Positions 47,603-57,782 of a DNA stretch of 64,000 nucleotides are shown here, piece after piece. Numbering within the stretch: the first letter of the stretch is position 1; each line of letters opens with the position of its first letter. The notes below the pieces were generated by a model. It was not told the DNA's origin. It ran no database searches and saw only the letters and a program-made list of their open reading frames with translations. The position numbers and the translations under genes were made by a program. The DNA is taken from positions 608,001-672,000 of the forward strand of contig OY843751.1 of NCBI GenBank assembly GCA_963693055.1. The letters run 5' to 3'. The DNA is from a bacterium. Its GTDB lineage: Bacteria; Zhuqueibacterota; Zhuqueibacteria; Residuimicrobiales; Krinioviventaceae.

Positions 47603-49666
47603 TTATCGATTAATTGTTTTTCTGACGAATTCGGCCAATTCGGTCACTGTGAAGGGTTTTTGTAAGAAAAAGAACTGATTTTCTTGTTCCATTGATGATG
47701 TAACAAGTTCTTTGGTAAAACCCGAAGTTAATATTACAGGGATATGAGGATGTAAGGTATGTAGTTTGGAAATAAATTCTTTGCCGTCAATTTCGGGCAT
47801 AACCAGGTCTGTTATAACCAAGTTTACTTTGCCATTGTGGGTTTGGATAAACTCTAATGCTTTGTAACCATTGCTAAAGCCAAATACCCGGTAGCCAACG
47901 CTTTTTAATACTTCAATAGTGAAATTTAAAAATTCAATATCATCTTCAACCAGCACAATGGTTTCAGAGCCATGCTGCAAAACTGTTTGTTCCGGGTGCT
48001 CAATGGTCTGTTTTTCATAATCCACGGGCCAGTAAATGTGAATTGTTGTGCCATGGCCTGGCTCACTGTAAATATTGATAATACCGTTATTCTGCTGAAT
48101 AATACCATAAACAGTAGATAATCCTAATCCATTATGGTTGGATTTAAGACTGAAAAAAGGTTCAAAAATATTGTTTTGTACATCTCTATCCATACCAATT
48201 CCATTGTCTGAAACAGAGAGTAAAATATAATCACCTGCCTGGATATTTTTACTGGATCGGCCTTGAATAAAGGTTGTATCTAATTCTTTCATACCGGTTT
48301 GTATGAATATGGTTTTTGAATCCGTTTGTTGTTTTGTTTGCAGGGCTTCGTTCGAATTTTTGACCAGATTTACAATGATTTGCTCAATTTGTCCGGGATC
48401 TGCATTGATTAATGGCAGATCTGTAGAAAGATCAATCTCCAGGTTAATATTTTTGTCAATAATTGTGTTCAAGATGCTCTGCATTTCCAGAACACATTGA
48501 TTCAGGTTCATGCTTGATGGTTTAAATGCCTGGTTTTTACTAAAGGTGAGCAATTGTCTTGTTAATACAGAGGCTTTTTCGCCAACAACCTGGATTTTTT
48601 TTATATTTTCAAGCGCTTGTGGATCATTATACCTGCCTGTAGCAAGCAATCCGCATTTGTCATTTATTATGTTTAACAGCTTTTCAAATTCATTGGCAAT
48701 ACTACCAGACATTGAGCTGATAGATTCAAGCTTTTGCATTTGCATCAACTGTTGTTCCATCTTTTTTTTGTCTGTGATATTTCGAATACTGCCAACTATT
48801 TTGGGCCCCTGTTTGTCTTTGGAATCAAGAACTCTTGCACTGATTATTATATTCAGGTGCGCACCATTTTTATCCAAGAGGACTTGTTCATAATTTCGGA
48901 CTCTGCCTGCATGTCTTGTTGAATTGATAAATTCTTTAGCATTGGAAGGTTCTAAAAAATAATTGTTAATATGGGTATGCAACACTTCTTGAACAGTATA
49001 TTGTGTATTGATATCAATGGATGGGCTTATCTCTATTATTTCTCCTTCAAAATTTAATTCAAAATAAACATCCTGAATGTTTTCAAATATATAGCGATAT
49101 TTTTCTTCACTGGTTTTTAATTTTTTAATTGTTAATACCAGAGAACTAAACAAATAACGGGTAAATAAAGCAATGACTATTAATACTATGGTTAACAAAA
49201 TAAAGCTTAGAATTACAGCACCCTTGTTAATGATGATATTAATACTGCCAGTTAATTGTAAATATGCTACAAATAAAAGTGATAAAATAGTTATAGCAGT
49301 GTATAGAAAGTAATATCTAAAATCCATGATTTGACTGGCAATCAGAATAATAACGGGAAAAACAATGATGCCCGGATCATTCAAGCCATCACCAGAATAT
49401 ATAGATATTGTGAGAGTTGTTAACAGGTAAATAACAAAAAGATGAGCGGATAATTTTTCGTGTTTATAATATAATAGAACCAGTAAAAATATTATAATTA
49501 TCAAGGTAACAGATGCACTTTTTAATGTGTTGTGCCAGTTGGAGAATATTGCAAATATACCAATTAAAATGGTCCCGGCCAGGGTCAATAGTAAAATATA
49601 GTGTAATAAAGAAAATTCATGATTGTTGTTTTTGCGTTGCAGAAAGGGGATTTTGGGTAATAACAT
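47603..49666 (-). CDS. Membrane PAS hybrid histidine-kinase paralog with H->N in the H-box
   Basis: Same architecture as its neighbour. H-box reads MQKLESISSMSGSIANEFEKLL; receiver VITD is intact. Confidence 0.85.
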   Translation of the reverse strand: MLLPKIPFLQRKNNNHEFSLLHYILLLTLAGTILIGIFAIFSNWHNTLKSASVTLIIIIFLLVLLYYKHEKLSAHLFVIYLLTTLTISIYSGDGLNDPGIIVFPVIILIASQIMDFRYYFLYTAITILSLLFVAYLQLTGSINIIINKGAVILSFILLTIVLIVIALFTRYLFSSLVLTIKKLKTSEEKYRYIFENIQDVYFELNFEGEIIEISPSIDINTQYTVQEVLHTHINNYFLEPSNAKEFINSTRHAGRVRNYEQVLLDKNGAHLNIIISARVLDSKDKQGPKIVGSIRNITDKKKMEQQLMQMQKLESISSMSGSIANEFEKLLNIINDKCGLLATGRYNDPQALENIKKIQVVGEKASVLTRQLLTFSKNQAFKPSSMNLNQCVLEMQSILNTIIDKNINLEIDLSTDLPLINADPGQIEQIIVNLVKNSNEALQTKQQTDSKTIFIQTGMKELDTTFIQGRSSKNIQAGDYILLSVSDNGIGMDRDVQNNIFEPFFSLKSNHNGLGLSTVYGIIQQNNGIINIYSEPGHGTTIHIYWPVDYEKQTIEHPEQTVLQHGSETIVLVEDDIEFLNFTIEVLKSVGYRVFGFSNGYKALEFIQTHNGKVNLVITDLVMPEIDGKEFISKLHTLHPHIPVILTSGFTKELVTSSMEQENQFFFLQKPFTVTELAEFVRKTINR

Positions 49667-49736
49667 GCCTGCACCTATATTTTTTTTAATATGTAAACAA
49701 GAATGAAAAAGTGCAAGTATTTTTTCTGATATGAAT

Positions 49737-49772
49737 AAAAAAACGCCCGGTTAAAATAAAGTACCGGGCGTT
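49737..49772 (-). terminator. Intrinsic terminator (CGCCCGG-stem family)
   Basis: AAAAAAACGCCCGGT...ACCGGGCGTT after the peroxiredoxin gene. Confidence 0.78.
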
Positions 49773-49777
49773 AAAGT

Positions 49778-50383
49778 TTATAGCGCGTCTACATTTGATT
49801 CCAAATATTCAGCAACTCCATTTGAGGAGGGTTTCATGGCTTCGTGGCCTTTTTCCCAGCCGGCGGGACAAACCTCACCGTATTCTTCGGTGTATTGTAA
49901 CGCGTCAATGACACGCAGCATTTCATCAATATTTCTACCAATGGGTAAATTATTTACAACCTGATGCTGTACAACACCATCTTTGTCAATCAGGAAGGAC
50001 GCACGCAGTGCAACACCGTCCGGGTGTTCAATTCCATATTCCTGAGTGATGGTGTGTTTAACATCCGCAACCATGGGGAAACCAACATTGCCAATGCCAC
50101 CCTGGTTGGTGGGTGTGTTTTTCCATGCAAAATGTGAATATTGGGAATCGATTGAAACACCAATAATTTCTACATTACGCGCTTTGAATTCATAAAGTCG
50201 TTTATTGTGTGCAATAATTTCAGTAGGACAAACAAATGTAAAATCCAGTGGCCAGAAAAAGAGCACTACATATTTGCCACGATAATCTGATAACTGAAAA
50301 TCATCATTAATTGATCCATTGGGCATTACAGCCGGTGCTTTAAAATCGGGTGCTTGTTTAGCTACCAATACACTCATATCCAT
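49778..50383 (-). CDS. ahpC: Typical 2-Cys peroxiredoxin (AhpC/Prx1)
   Basis: PLDFTFVCPTE and GEVCPAGW. Confidence 0.92.
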   Translation of the reverse strand: MDMSVLVAKQAPDFKAPAVMPNGSINDDFQLSDYRGKYVVLFFWPLDFTFVCPTEIIAHNKRLYEFKARNVEIIGVSIDSQYSHFAWKNTPTNQGGIGNVGFPMVADVKHTITQEYGIEHPDGVALRASFLIDKDGVVQHQVVNNLPIGRNIDEMLRVIDALQYTEEYGEVCPAGWEKGHEAMKPSSNGVAEYLESNVDAL

Positions 50384-50546
50384 ATCCTTTCTATATTAAG
50401 GTCATTCTGTTTTTAAACAGTGTATTTTGAAATTGTTTTTGGATTGTCATTGAAGGTGGGAGACCTTGCAATGAGAAATATTAACAGAAGGAATTGGCTA
50501 ATTATTTCAGTCCAGATGCAAAAAAATGATTTTTTAAGAGGTTATT

Positions 50547-52115
50547 TTATTTTCTAAAATCAGAATCGTTTACCCAGCCCCAGTTCAGATTTTCACCTTT
50601 CATATAGCGTTCGTAAAAATGAGCACCGGATTTATCTGCATATTCATATTGATCAAAAATATATCCATTGCCTAAAATTCGTGGGTCCTGTTGCTGTTCC
50701 AGCTCTGTGACCAATTGATTTTCGAGCTTTTTCAAAATATTCTGATATTCTGGTACATCCGCAAGGTTATTCATACAATCCGGATCTGTCTTGCGGTTGT
50801 ATAATTCTTTTTCCGGTCGTTTGCCAAAATTCCATTGCCAGAATTTTGCTGTAGCAGGATTTTCTTTCGCATCCAGATTGACCGTTTTGGTTGGGCTGCC
50901 ATCGCAATTGAGATACCCGGTTTCGGGATTGCCCGCAGGCCAGCGCTCCGGATTGAAATTTTTAATCAACAGGTATTCCTTTGTTATGATACCGCGGATT
51001 GGATATCCCTGGTCATTTGGACGGCCAACATCGTGGCGTTCTTTACCAATCAGCACATGGTCTCTCTCTTGAATGATATTATGGTCTTTAACAGAGTAGA
51101 AAATATCCGTCAAACTTTTACCCTGTATGGGTTGCATGCCTGCATTTTCTGCGTCTAGCCGTGCAAGCTCGAGGAATGTTGGCGCAAAATCGATAAAGCT
51201 GACAAAATCATCAACCGTTCTACCCGTATTTTTAATTCCACTGGGCCACATTACAGCCAATGGCAAGTGGTTGGAATATTCGTATTCCTGGCCTTTTATT
51301 CGTGGAAACGGCATACCATTGTCTGCCGTCACTACAACCAGAGTGTTTTCAAGCTCGCCTTTTTCTTTGAGCAGATTAATCATCTTTTGCAGGTGCTGGT
51401 CAAAATATTCTATTTCAAAAGCATAATCGAGCATGTCGGTTCGAACGGTTTCATTATCAGGCCAAAAAGGGAAAACCCGGTCAATTTGAGATGGTTTTTT
51501 ACCACCTTTGGCAATTCCCGCTCCATATTCGTATCGTCTGTGTGGTTCGGTGCTGCCATACCAAAAGCAAAAGGGTGTATCTTTGGGTTTGTCATCAATA
51601 AAGGATTTGAAATTCTCTGCATAATCGTTACTGTTGATAAACTTTGCGGGGGGTGTTGTTTTATGTTCGTTGTAAGGTTTGCCTGTTAACTGGCGTTTTA
51701 CTCCATTAATTTCGCCGGCAACTCCGGGCGCCCAACCTTTTGCGGTATAGCCCACATGATATCCGTTTTCGGATAATGCTTCAACATAGGTTTTAAATTT
51801 TTGGGGGAAATAACACCAGTGGTTTGCGGCTTCTTCAAGCTGCCATGAATTACGACCGGTCAGGATGCAGGAACGCGAAGGCGCGCATTTTGCGTTGGGT
51901 GTAAACGCCTGAGTGAAAAGGATTCCATTTTGGGCAACATAATCAAACGCAGGGGTATTGATCCAGCTGCATCCATATGCGCCCATATGAGGATAAGACG
52001 CATCATCAGCAATACAGAATAAAATATTTGTTTTTTTTGTTCTATTGTAACAACTTTTTAATGTTGTAGAAATCAGTACCAATGATGAAAATTTTAAAAA
52101 ATGTCTTCTTTTCAT
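50547..52115 (-). CDS. Cys-type sulfatase (Tat lipoprotein; sulfamidase-like)
   Basis: MKRRHFL Tat motif, lipobox LKSC, IADD, CAPSR (CxPxR), EPHR and TADNG. Confidence 0.9.
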   Translation of the reverse strand: MKRRHFLKFSSLVLISTTLKSCYNRTKKTNILFCIADDASYPHMGAYGCSWINTPAFDYVAQNGILFTQAFTPNAKCAPSRSCILTGRNSWQLEEAANHWCYFPQKFKTYVEALSENGYHVGYTAKGWAPGVAGEINGVKRQLTGKPYNEHKTTPPAKFINSNDYAENFKSFIDDKPKDTPFCFWYGSTEPHRRYEYGAGIAKGGKKPSQIDRVFPFWPDNETVRTDMLDYAFEIEYFDQHLQKMINLLKEKGELENTLVVVTADNGMPFPRIKGQEYEYSNHLPLAVMWPSGIKNTGRTVDDFVSFIDFAPTFLELARLDAENAGMQPIQGKSLTDIFYSVKDHNIIQERDHVLIGKERHDVGRPNDQGYPIRGIITKEYLLIKNFNPERWPAGNPETGYLNCDGSPTKTVNLDAKENPATAKFWQWNFGKRPEKELYNRKTDPDCMNNLADVPEYQNILKKLENQLVTELEQQQDPRILGNGYIFDQYEYADKSGAHFYERYMKGENLNWGWVNDSDFRK

Positions 52116-52193
52116 TTTACATCCTTGTTTGATTGATTTATCATAAGAAATTCATTTATTACTAGAAAAACAAGTGTTTTTGAATGTATATTA

Positions 52194-52219
52194 TGAAACC
52201 CCTGATACAAAATGGCGTA
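52194..52219 (+). promoter_or_regulatory. SigW-like ECF promoter
   Basis: TGAAAC-N16-CGTA, an exact match to the B. subtilis sigma-W consensus, about 40 nt upstream of the methyltransferase gene. Confidence 0.55.
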
Positions 52220-52261
52220 TAGGTTGAGTGAATTAAAAAATCAATTAAATTGAGGGGAAAT

Positions 52262-52783
52262 ATGGCTGCAACGAATTCTACTCCCAAGGTTAATAAACAT
52301 CATCCGGATTTGACCGGAGAACATTTTTATGGAGATTTGCTGCAACTGATATTTTTTTTGGTGTTTCTAGCTATATGGATTGCTGATTCTTTTTTTATGC
52401 ATTTTTCAGATATTTCTACGCTATTACCACTTTGGCTGCGATTGGTTGCAGGCTCTATTGTTCTGATTGTTTCCGGTTATGTTGCAAATACAGGATTAAA
52501 GATTGTTTTTGGAACACCACATACAGAGCCCAAAGTTATTGATTATGGGGTTTTCAAGTGGGTAAGGCACCCTATCTATATGAGTGCTATTGGGCTGTAC
52601 CTGGGTTTACTGTTGATTAAGATATCAATTGCGGCATCAATTGTTTGGGTATTTGCTATTATACTGTATTATGGTTTGAGTCGCTTTGAGGAAAAGTTGT
52701 TATTGGAGCGATTTGGTGATGACTATGCCTTGTATATGACTAGTGTACCCATGTTGTTACCATTCATTAGGAGGGGGAAATAA
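52262..52783 (+). CDS. Isoprenylcysteine carboxyl-methyltransferase / PEMT-family membrane protein
   Basis: GVFKWVRHPIY and EEKLL.ERFGDDY..Y...VP; ATG 52262 follows GAGGGG. Confidence 0.85.
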   Translation: MAATNSTPKVNKHHPDLTGEHFYGDLLQLIFFLVFLAIWIADSFFMHFSDISTLLPLWLRLVAGSIVLIVSGYVANTGLKIVFGTPHTEPKVIDYGVFKWVRHPIYMSAIGLYLGLLLIKISIAASIVWVFAIILYYGLSRFEEKLLLERFGDDYALYMTSVPMLLPFIRRGK

Positions 52784-52784
52784 A

Positions 52785-53258
52785 ATGAAAAAAACGATTT
52801 TGTTTTTGGGACTTTTATTAAGCATTACGCTGTTATCAGAAGTTGTTTTGGGAAAAGGTTTGAGTGATATATGTGGCACCTGGCAGGGCAAAGGAAGGGT
52901 GTTTCAATCTCATTTTACACGTAGCTCGGCAGATTCTTGTAAAACAGATTCTGTTGATATTTTTTTAGTAATTCACCCTGACAATCGTGTGAGCGGCCAT
53001 ATTGGAAAAGCCGAGTTTGTGGATTGCATTGTAAAAAAGAACAGAGGCTGGTTGGGGCGATTGTTAAATTTTAAAACCGATTATATTATTACCGGAGGTA
53101 CAATTGCTGGGAATATTGTGCCGGTAGATACTGTAATACAAAAAAAAATTACAATTCCATTTAATATTGTCGATAATAATATTAAAGGTACGCTTATGCA
53201 GACCTATAAATGGAAATACCCTGATCCTTTGATACGGGTTTTAGTATCAAAAAAGTAA
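52785..53258 (+). CDS. Exported hypothetical protein
   Basis: MKKTILF signal peptide after a GGAGG RBS; GTWQG beta-strand start. Confidence 0.65.
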   Translation: MKKTILFLGLLLSITLLSEVVLGKGLSDICGTWQGKGRVFQSHFTRSSADSCKTDSVDIFLVIHPDNRVSGHIGKAEFVDCIVKKNRGWLGRLLNFKTDYIITGGTIAGNIVPVDTVIQKKITIPFNIVDNNIKGTLMQTYKWKYPDPLIRVLVSKK

Positions 53259-53350
53259 GTGTTGTAAAAAAAATAGAAAGATAAGAATCAGCAAATATTG
53301 TATTGAATTGAATTCATGTGTTGATTATCTTAAATTTTATTGGAGTTGAA

Positions 53351-53728
53351 ATGAATATCGAGTATAACCGACCGTTGAATTGCATGCAGATCCATTTAGA
53401 GGGTACACTCTCTACTCAGGATATTCTTGATACATTTGATGAAATGGTCAAACACCCTGATTTTGTAGAAGGTAGTGATGCGCTTTGGGACCTTTGTGAT
53501 GCATCGCATCCTGATTTGACTGTTACGGATCTTTATAATATAGGTTCGCATGTTCAAAAACATGCCGAAAAAAGAGGGGCTGGCAAAACAGCATGGATTG
53601 TTTTAAATCAGGTTGATTTTGGAATTGCGAGAATGTTTGAGATGCTGACAGACCAGGATATATCTATAAAGTTTCGTGTTTTTGATTCTGTGGAGGAAGC
53701 AAAGGATTGGATTAAGACCGGAGAGTAG
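53351..53728 (+). CDS. SpoIIAA-like (STAS/SEC14) protein 1
   Basis: LWDL..A, KTAWIV....DFGIARMF and VFDSVEEAKDWI. Confidence 0.7.
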   Translation: MNIEYNRPLNCMQIHLEGTLSTQDILDTFDEMVKHPDFVEGSDALWDLCDASHPDLTVTDLYNIGSHVQKHAEKRGAGKTAWIVLNQVDFGIARMFEMLTDQDISIKFRVFDSVEEAKDWIKTGE

Positions 53729-53743
53729 TATTATTTAAAAAAT

Positions 53744-54115
53744 ATGATTTCGAATATTAAAAAAATTCCGGAAGGGGTTTGCATTGAATTAACCGGCAAG
53801 GTTACATTAGATGCATTGATGCTGCATTTCCAACAAATACTGGAATCGACAGAGTTTGAAAAAGAAATGGGTATTCTTTGGGATGCTACACGGGTTTCGG
53901 AATTTGATCTTACATCGCAAGATATGGACCAAATGGGTGATTTTCTTAAAGATAAGTTTATTAAGCGTGGTGGTGGAAAATCCGCATGGCTTTTAAATGA
54001 TACTATTCATTTGGGGATGGCCCAAATGTTTACAGAAATGAATGAAAAAAGTTTGCCAATTCTGGTCAAGGCGTTTCTTGAAAGGTCAAATGCTGTCGAA
54101 TGGTTGAAAAATTGA
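53744..54115 (+). CDS. SpoIIAA-like (STAS/SEC14) protein 2
   Basis: LWDA, KSAWLL.....LGMAQMF and AF.....AVEWL; paralog of the upstream gene. Confidence 0.7.
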   Translation: MISNIKKIPEGVCIELTGKVTLDALMLHFQQILESTEFEKEMGILWDATRVSEFDLTSQDMDQMGDFLKDKFIKRGGGKSAWLLNDTIHLGMAQMFTEMNEKSLPILVKAFLERSNAVEWLKN

Positions 54116-54226
54116 ATTGATAAATAATTATCAGTTTTATTTTGAATATTCATATTATATCTAGTATTTATTATATTTTTGTTAGGTTAATGTCAGTTTA
54201 ATGTAATACATGCAGGTTAACGTATT

Positions 54227-55327
54227 ATGAAAACAACAAAACAAAAATTTCTTGCCAGATACTCTATGATCAAAATTATAATGAATTTTTTGTTTTATTT
54301 TTCAAGCCTGTTATTGTTGATTGTGGGTATATCTACTGCAAACGGACTGATTGATAGCATCCCCTGGTTTAATATTTTCAATAAAGTTTTGCGTTTTATT
54401 TTTACCATATTTTGGTTGGTTTTGATCCAACGGGTGGATAGAAATAAAAGAATCTATTTCCCCATGATGTTTGGGTTTTCCATGTTTTTTTGGGGACAAA
54501 TAGTTGACTTGCTGGAGGATTTTTATAACCTGATTTATTTTCTTGGCCGCTATGAGAATATTGTTATGAGTTTGGGCCTTGGTATTGCCAGTGTGGGGGT
54601 TATCTATTGGATTCGAGATAAGGAAAAGCGTGAACAGGAATTGTCTGATGTAAATGATCAGTTGAAATTTATTGTTGATGAACAAAAAGAAACTGCCGAG
54701 CAATTAAAACAGTTGGTGAATGAAAAAGAAATTTTGAACAAGGAAATACATCACCGGGTTAAGAATAATCTTTCAGTGATTTCCAGCATGTTGAATTTGC
54801 AGGCCGCACAGATTGATAACGATGAAGCAAAACTTTATTTGCAAAACAGCCGTGACCGTGTTCATTCCATGGCATTGATACATGAGCAGGTATATCAATC
54901 GAACGATATGAATTATATTGATTTCAAAGCCTATATTGAAAATATTGTCAAAGAGTTGCAGGCTATTTATGGCGAACCAGAAAGCCATTTAAGAATTATA
55001 GCCGAATTGCAGGATGCCAGTTTGCATGTCAATGTAGCAGTGCCATGTGGATTGCTCTTGAATGAACTGGTTACAAATGCTATAAAATATGCCTTTCCTG
55101 AACCTGATGATGGTAACCGAATCATGATAACATTAGAGAATAATGATCACTCTATTCAACTCTGCATTCAGGATAATGGAATTGGTCTACCCCCGGATGA
55201 AGAGATTAAGAATAAAAAATCTTTGGGGATAAAAATTGTACAGGTGCTTGCAGAACAGATAAATGCTCAAATCACAATTGAGCGTAACAAGGGGACCCGT
55301 TTTATTATTACTGTACCCAATAACTAG
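54227..55327 (+). CDS. Membrane sensor histidine kinase (HisKA_2/HWE type)
   Basis: About 4 TM helices; EIHHRVKNNL, NELVTNAIKYAF, DNGIG and SLG. Confidence 0.9.
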   Translation: MKTTKQKFLARYSMIKIIMNFLFYFSSLLLLIVGISTANGLIDSIPWFNIFNKVLRFIFTIFWLVLIQRVDRNKRIYFPMMFGFSMFFWGQIVDLLEDFYNLIYFLGRYENIVMSLGLGIASVGVIYWIRDKEKREQELSDVNDQLKFIVDEQKETAEQLKQLVNEKEILNKEIHHRVKNNLSVISSMLNLQAAQIDNDEAKLYLQNSRDRVHSMALIHEQVYQSNDMNYIDFKAYIENIVKELQAIYGEPESHLRIIAELQDASLHVNVAVPCGLLLNELVTNAIKYAFPEPDDGNRIMITLENNDHSIQLCIQDNGIGLPPDEEIKNKKSLGIKIVQVLAEQINAQITIERNKGTRFIITVPNN

Positions 55328-55427
55328 ATAAAATTTTATATTACATTTATCTGCATCTTTTTTGAGGGAATGGCATCTAATGGTTTGAGTAAATTTGTAT
55401 ACTATATTCAAAACCATTGGAGATACC

Positions 55428-55622
55428 ATGATTCATGTGAATGCCGATTATTGCCCGCAAAACCACCCCTGTCCTGTTACTCGTGCTTGCCCTGTAGGAG
55501 CTATATCGCAAGTTGGTTTTTCTGCACCTACCATAGATGAAGAAAAATGTACCGGTTGTGGCAAGTGCGCCAAACTTTGCAATGTTTTTTCAGTCAAAGC
55601 GGATTATCATAAAGCATCCTGA
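55428..55622 (+). CDS. Small 4Fe-4S dicluster ferredoxin-like protein
   Basis: CPQNHPCP...ACP and CTGCGKC...C; ATG 55428 follows GGAG. Confidence 0.82.
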   Translation: MIHVNADYCPQNHPCPVTRACPVGAISQVGFSAPTIDEEKCTGCGKCAKLCNVFSVKADYHKAS

Positions 55623-55683
55623 TGGATAGACCCTCTGTCCTGACAGTTTGATGAAATACCCATGTAAAATGTACAAACAATAT

Positions 55684-55713
55684 AAATCTGCCTGAATTTT
55701 TCAGGCAGATTTT
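55684..55713. terminator. Bidirectional terminator
   Basis: AAATCTGCCTGAA-TTT-TTCAGGCAGATTT between convergent genes. Confidence 0.8.
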
Positions 55714-55745
55714 GTTTGAGAATTTGATGAAAAGTGGGGTGTGCT

Positions 55746-56186
55746 TTACGGCTCTATTTCTTTTAAATTGTTAAAAATACGTTTCAGCATACTTTCAAAA
55801 ATTTCCATTTCACTATCTGAAAATCCTTTGTAATAGTGGGATGTCATTTCATCTGAAACCGCAACATATTGCTTTTGAAAGGATTTGTCTTTTTCAGTCC
55901 GCCAGATGCAGATTTTGCGCCTGTCCTTGCTTGAAGGTTCTCTTTTAATAAAACCGGTTTGTTCCAACCGGTCTAGCATGCTGGTGAGTGTGGACTTGCT
56001 CAGGGACGTTTCTTTTGCCAACTCGTTAATGGGAATACCATCGTTCTGCCACAGTACAAACATAATTCTGCCCTGGGCGGGATTTATTTCGTTCACGCCA
56101 TAATCTTTAAGCATGCGCGCAAAAATTCGCCCCGAAAGCTGATGGATCTTTGATATGTAAAATCCCCCTTTGCTGTTTTTACTCAA
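55746..56186 (-). CDS. MarR-family regulator
   Basis: QGRIMFVLW, STLTSMLDRLE..G.I.R and DRR. Confidence 0.9.
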   Translation of the reverse strand: MSKNSKGGFYISKIHQLSGRIFARMLKDYGVNEINPAQGRIMFVLWQNDGIPINELAKETSLSKSTLTSMLDRLEQTGFIKREPSSKDRRKICIWRTEKDKSFQKQYVAVSDEMTSHYYKGFSDSEMEIFESMLKRIFNNLKEIEP

Positions 56187-56201
56187 CCAAAACTCCTGTT
56201 C

Positions 56202-56663
56202 TTAAATTTTGAATTCAAATTTATCTGTTTGATACCAGCCTCTTGCGAGTTCGGGTGTTACCCGCAGCAATGTATAATCGTCACCCTCAAGACCGCCCTC
56301 ATAAAACTGGATCCAGCCGTCTTGCCAGAGCGCTTTACGTAATTCCTCGTCCTCTACTACTCTCATGGTGCCGATGAGTGATAATCCGTGTGTTTCAGGG
56401 AAACTGCAATAATAGAGACAGACATTGGGATTCTTTTGGATCTGGTCCATTTTAAGCGACAGCCGGTTGGTGGACATGTAGGTGATAAAATCATGCTCAT
56501 GTTGTTTGAAAAAATCTGCCAGACTGCCAAACTGCTCCAGGTTCCACAAGTTGCCCATGGCCCGGGTTTGGGGACAATTGTTTTCATCCACTGTAGATAC
56601 ATAAACCAGATCGGTTGTCTGCATGAGTTGTGTACATACTTTTTTTAAACTCTGTTCATTCAT
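56202..56663 (-). CDS. Pyridoxamine-5'-phosphate-oxidase-like FMN-binding protein
   Basis: VSTVDE..CPQTRAM, STN..S.K..QI..NPNVCLYY and LW.DGW. Confidence 0.82.
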   Translation of the reverse strand: MNEQSLKKVCTQLMQTTDLVYVSTVDENNCPQTRAMGNLWNLEQFGSLADFFKQHEHDFITYMSTNRLSLKMDQIQKNPNVCLYYCSFPETHGLSLIGTMRVVEDEELRKALWQDGWIQFYEGGLEGDDYTLLRVTPELARGWYQTDKFEFKI

Positions 56664-56708
56664 GTTTTCCCTCTCGAGTTTAGTGATAATACTGATATTT
56701 TACCAGGG

Positions 56709-57743
56709 CTATTTTGTAAACAATCCCGCTCCCATATCTGCGCCCAATGTTCCTACTTCCACCTGCAGATAGCGTTGGGGTATTCCCAAATCCAGTCCCG
56801 CGCCTTTGACAAGGGTGATTTTGCCGGATTTGTCAATATTATGCTCAACATAAGGCATGTCTGCTCCCGATTCGCTCAGCTCAAAATTGGGGCCGCATGA
56901 ACCTGAAAAGAAATCGGAATTGTTGATGATACAGTCCCGGACGTTGTACGTGTTTTTATTGCTTTGATCGCGCATAAATGCGTATTGACAACGGGTTATA
57001 ATGTTGTGATGGAATTCAAAATCTTCACCGGTCTGGCAGAGCCATACACCGGAAACGTATCCACCGTCTATAATGCAGTGGGTCATACTGTTGTTTTTGC
57101 TTATACCGCCATCGGCGTTCCAGAACACGACGGCGTTGGCACAGTCGTAAAACACACAGTGATCAATTTTCAATCCGTGCCCGTGAGCAATGATTGCTAC
57201 ATTCGAGCTGGTTACATACTGGCTGCACAGGAACATGCATTGCGAAACCACCAAATCGTCAAGACTTTTGCCTGTTCTGTAAATAGGATAATACATGACG
57301 CCGGGAAGGGGTGTGCCGATGAATTTCAACCCACGGATTTTTACATGGTCCATTTCCACCTTGAATGCCCATGTCTCAATGTATTTTGCGTTTTCAGGCA
57401 CAACCGGATTAAGCGTAGATACAATGATGGGCATGTCATTGGGCTTCCAGTTGGGATCGTCCGGCAGAATAGCCGCTTCGATGGTCAGTGGATTTTCTGA
57501 CGAGTACCCGGATTTGCTGTTGATGTTGCATTCTTTATCCAGAGCATAGAGTCCCGGGGCGATCTTGATGGTAGCCGGTGCATCGGACGCGTTGAGCACA
57601 TCCACCGCTTTTTGGATGGTTTTAAAAGGCAGGTCGCTGCTGCCGGGATTGGTATCGCTACCGCTATTGACATCCACATAAAGGGTACCTGTGGCTGACG
57701 TGCCGGCAAGGCAAATGAGCAGAGATGTGATTAATGTTTTCAT
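56709..57743 (-). CDS. Secreted DUF1565-like right-handed beta-helix protein
   Basis: Signal peptide, YVD...GSD.NPGS...PFKTIQKA and I.IAPGLY, followed by beta-helix repeats. Confidence 0.72.
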   Translation of the reverse strand: MKTLITSLLICLAGTSATGTLYVDVNSGSDTNPGSSDLPFKTIQKAVDVLNASDAPATIKIAPGLYALDKECNINSKSGYSSENPLTIEAAILPDDPNWKPNDMPIIVSTLNPVVPENAKYIETWAFKVEMDHVKIRGLKFIGTPLPGVMYYPIYRTGKSLDDLVVSQCMFLCSQYVTSSNVAIIAHGHGLKIDHCVFYDCANAVVFWNADGGISKNNSMTHCIIDGGYVSGVWLCQTGEDFEFHHNIITRCQYAFMRDQSNKNTYNVRDCIINNSDFFSGSCGPNFELSESGADMPYVEHNIDKSGKITLVKGAGLDLGIPQRYLQVEVGTLGADMGAGLFTK

Positions 57744-57782
57744 ATTGGTTTTCCCTCGTTTGGATTAAATTTAATTCTACAT

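Noticed and set aside
50447-50474. Hairpin TCATTG-AAGGT-GGGAG-ACCTT-G-CAATGA upstream of ahpC as a riboswitch or SECIS
   Set aside because: No recognisable riboswitch consensus, no in-frame UGA in neighbouring genes and no U-tail; function unsupported.
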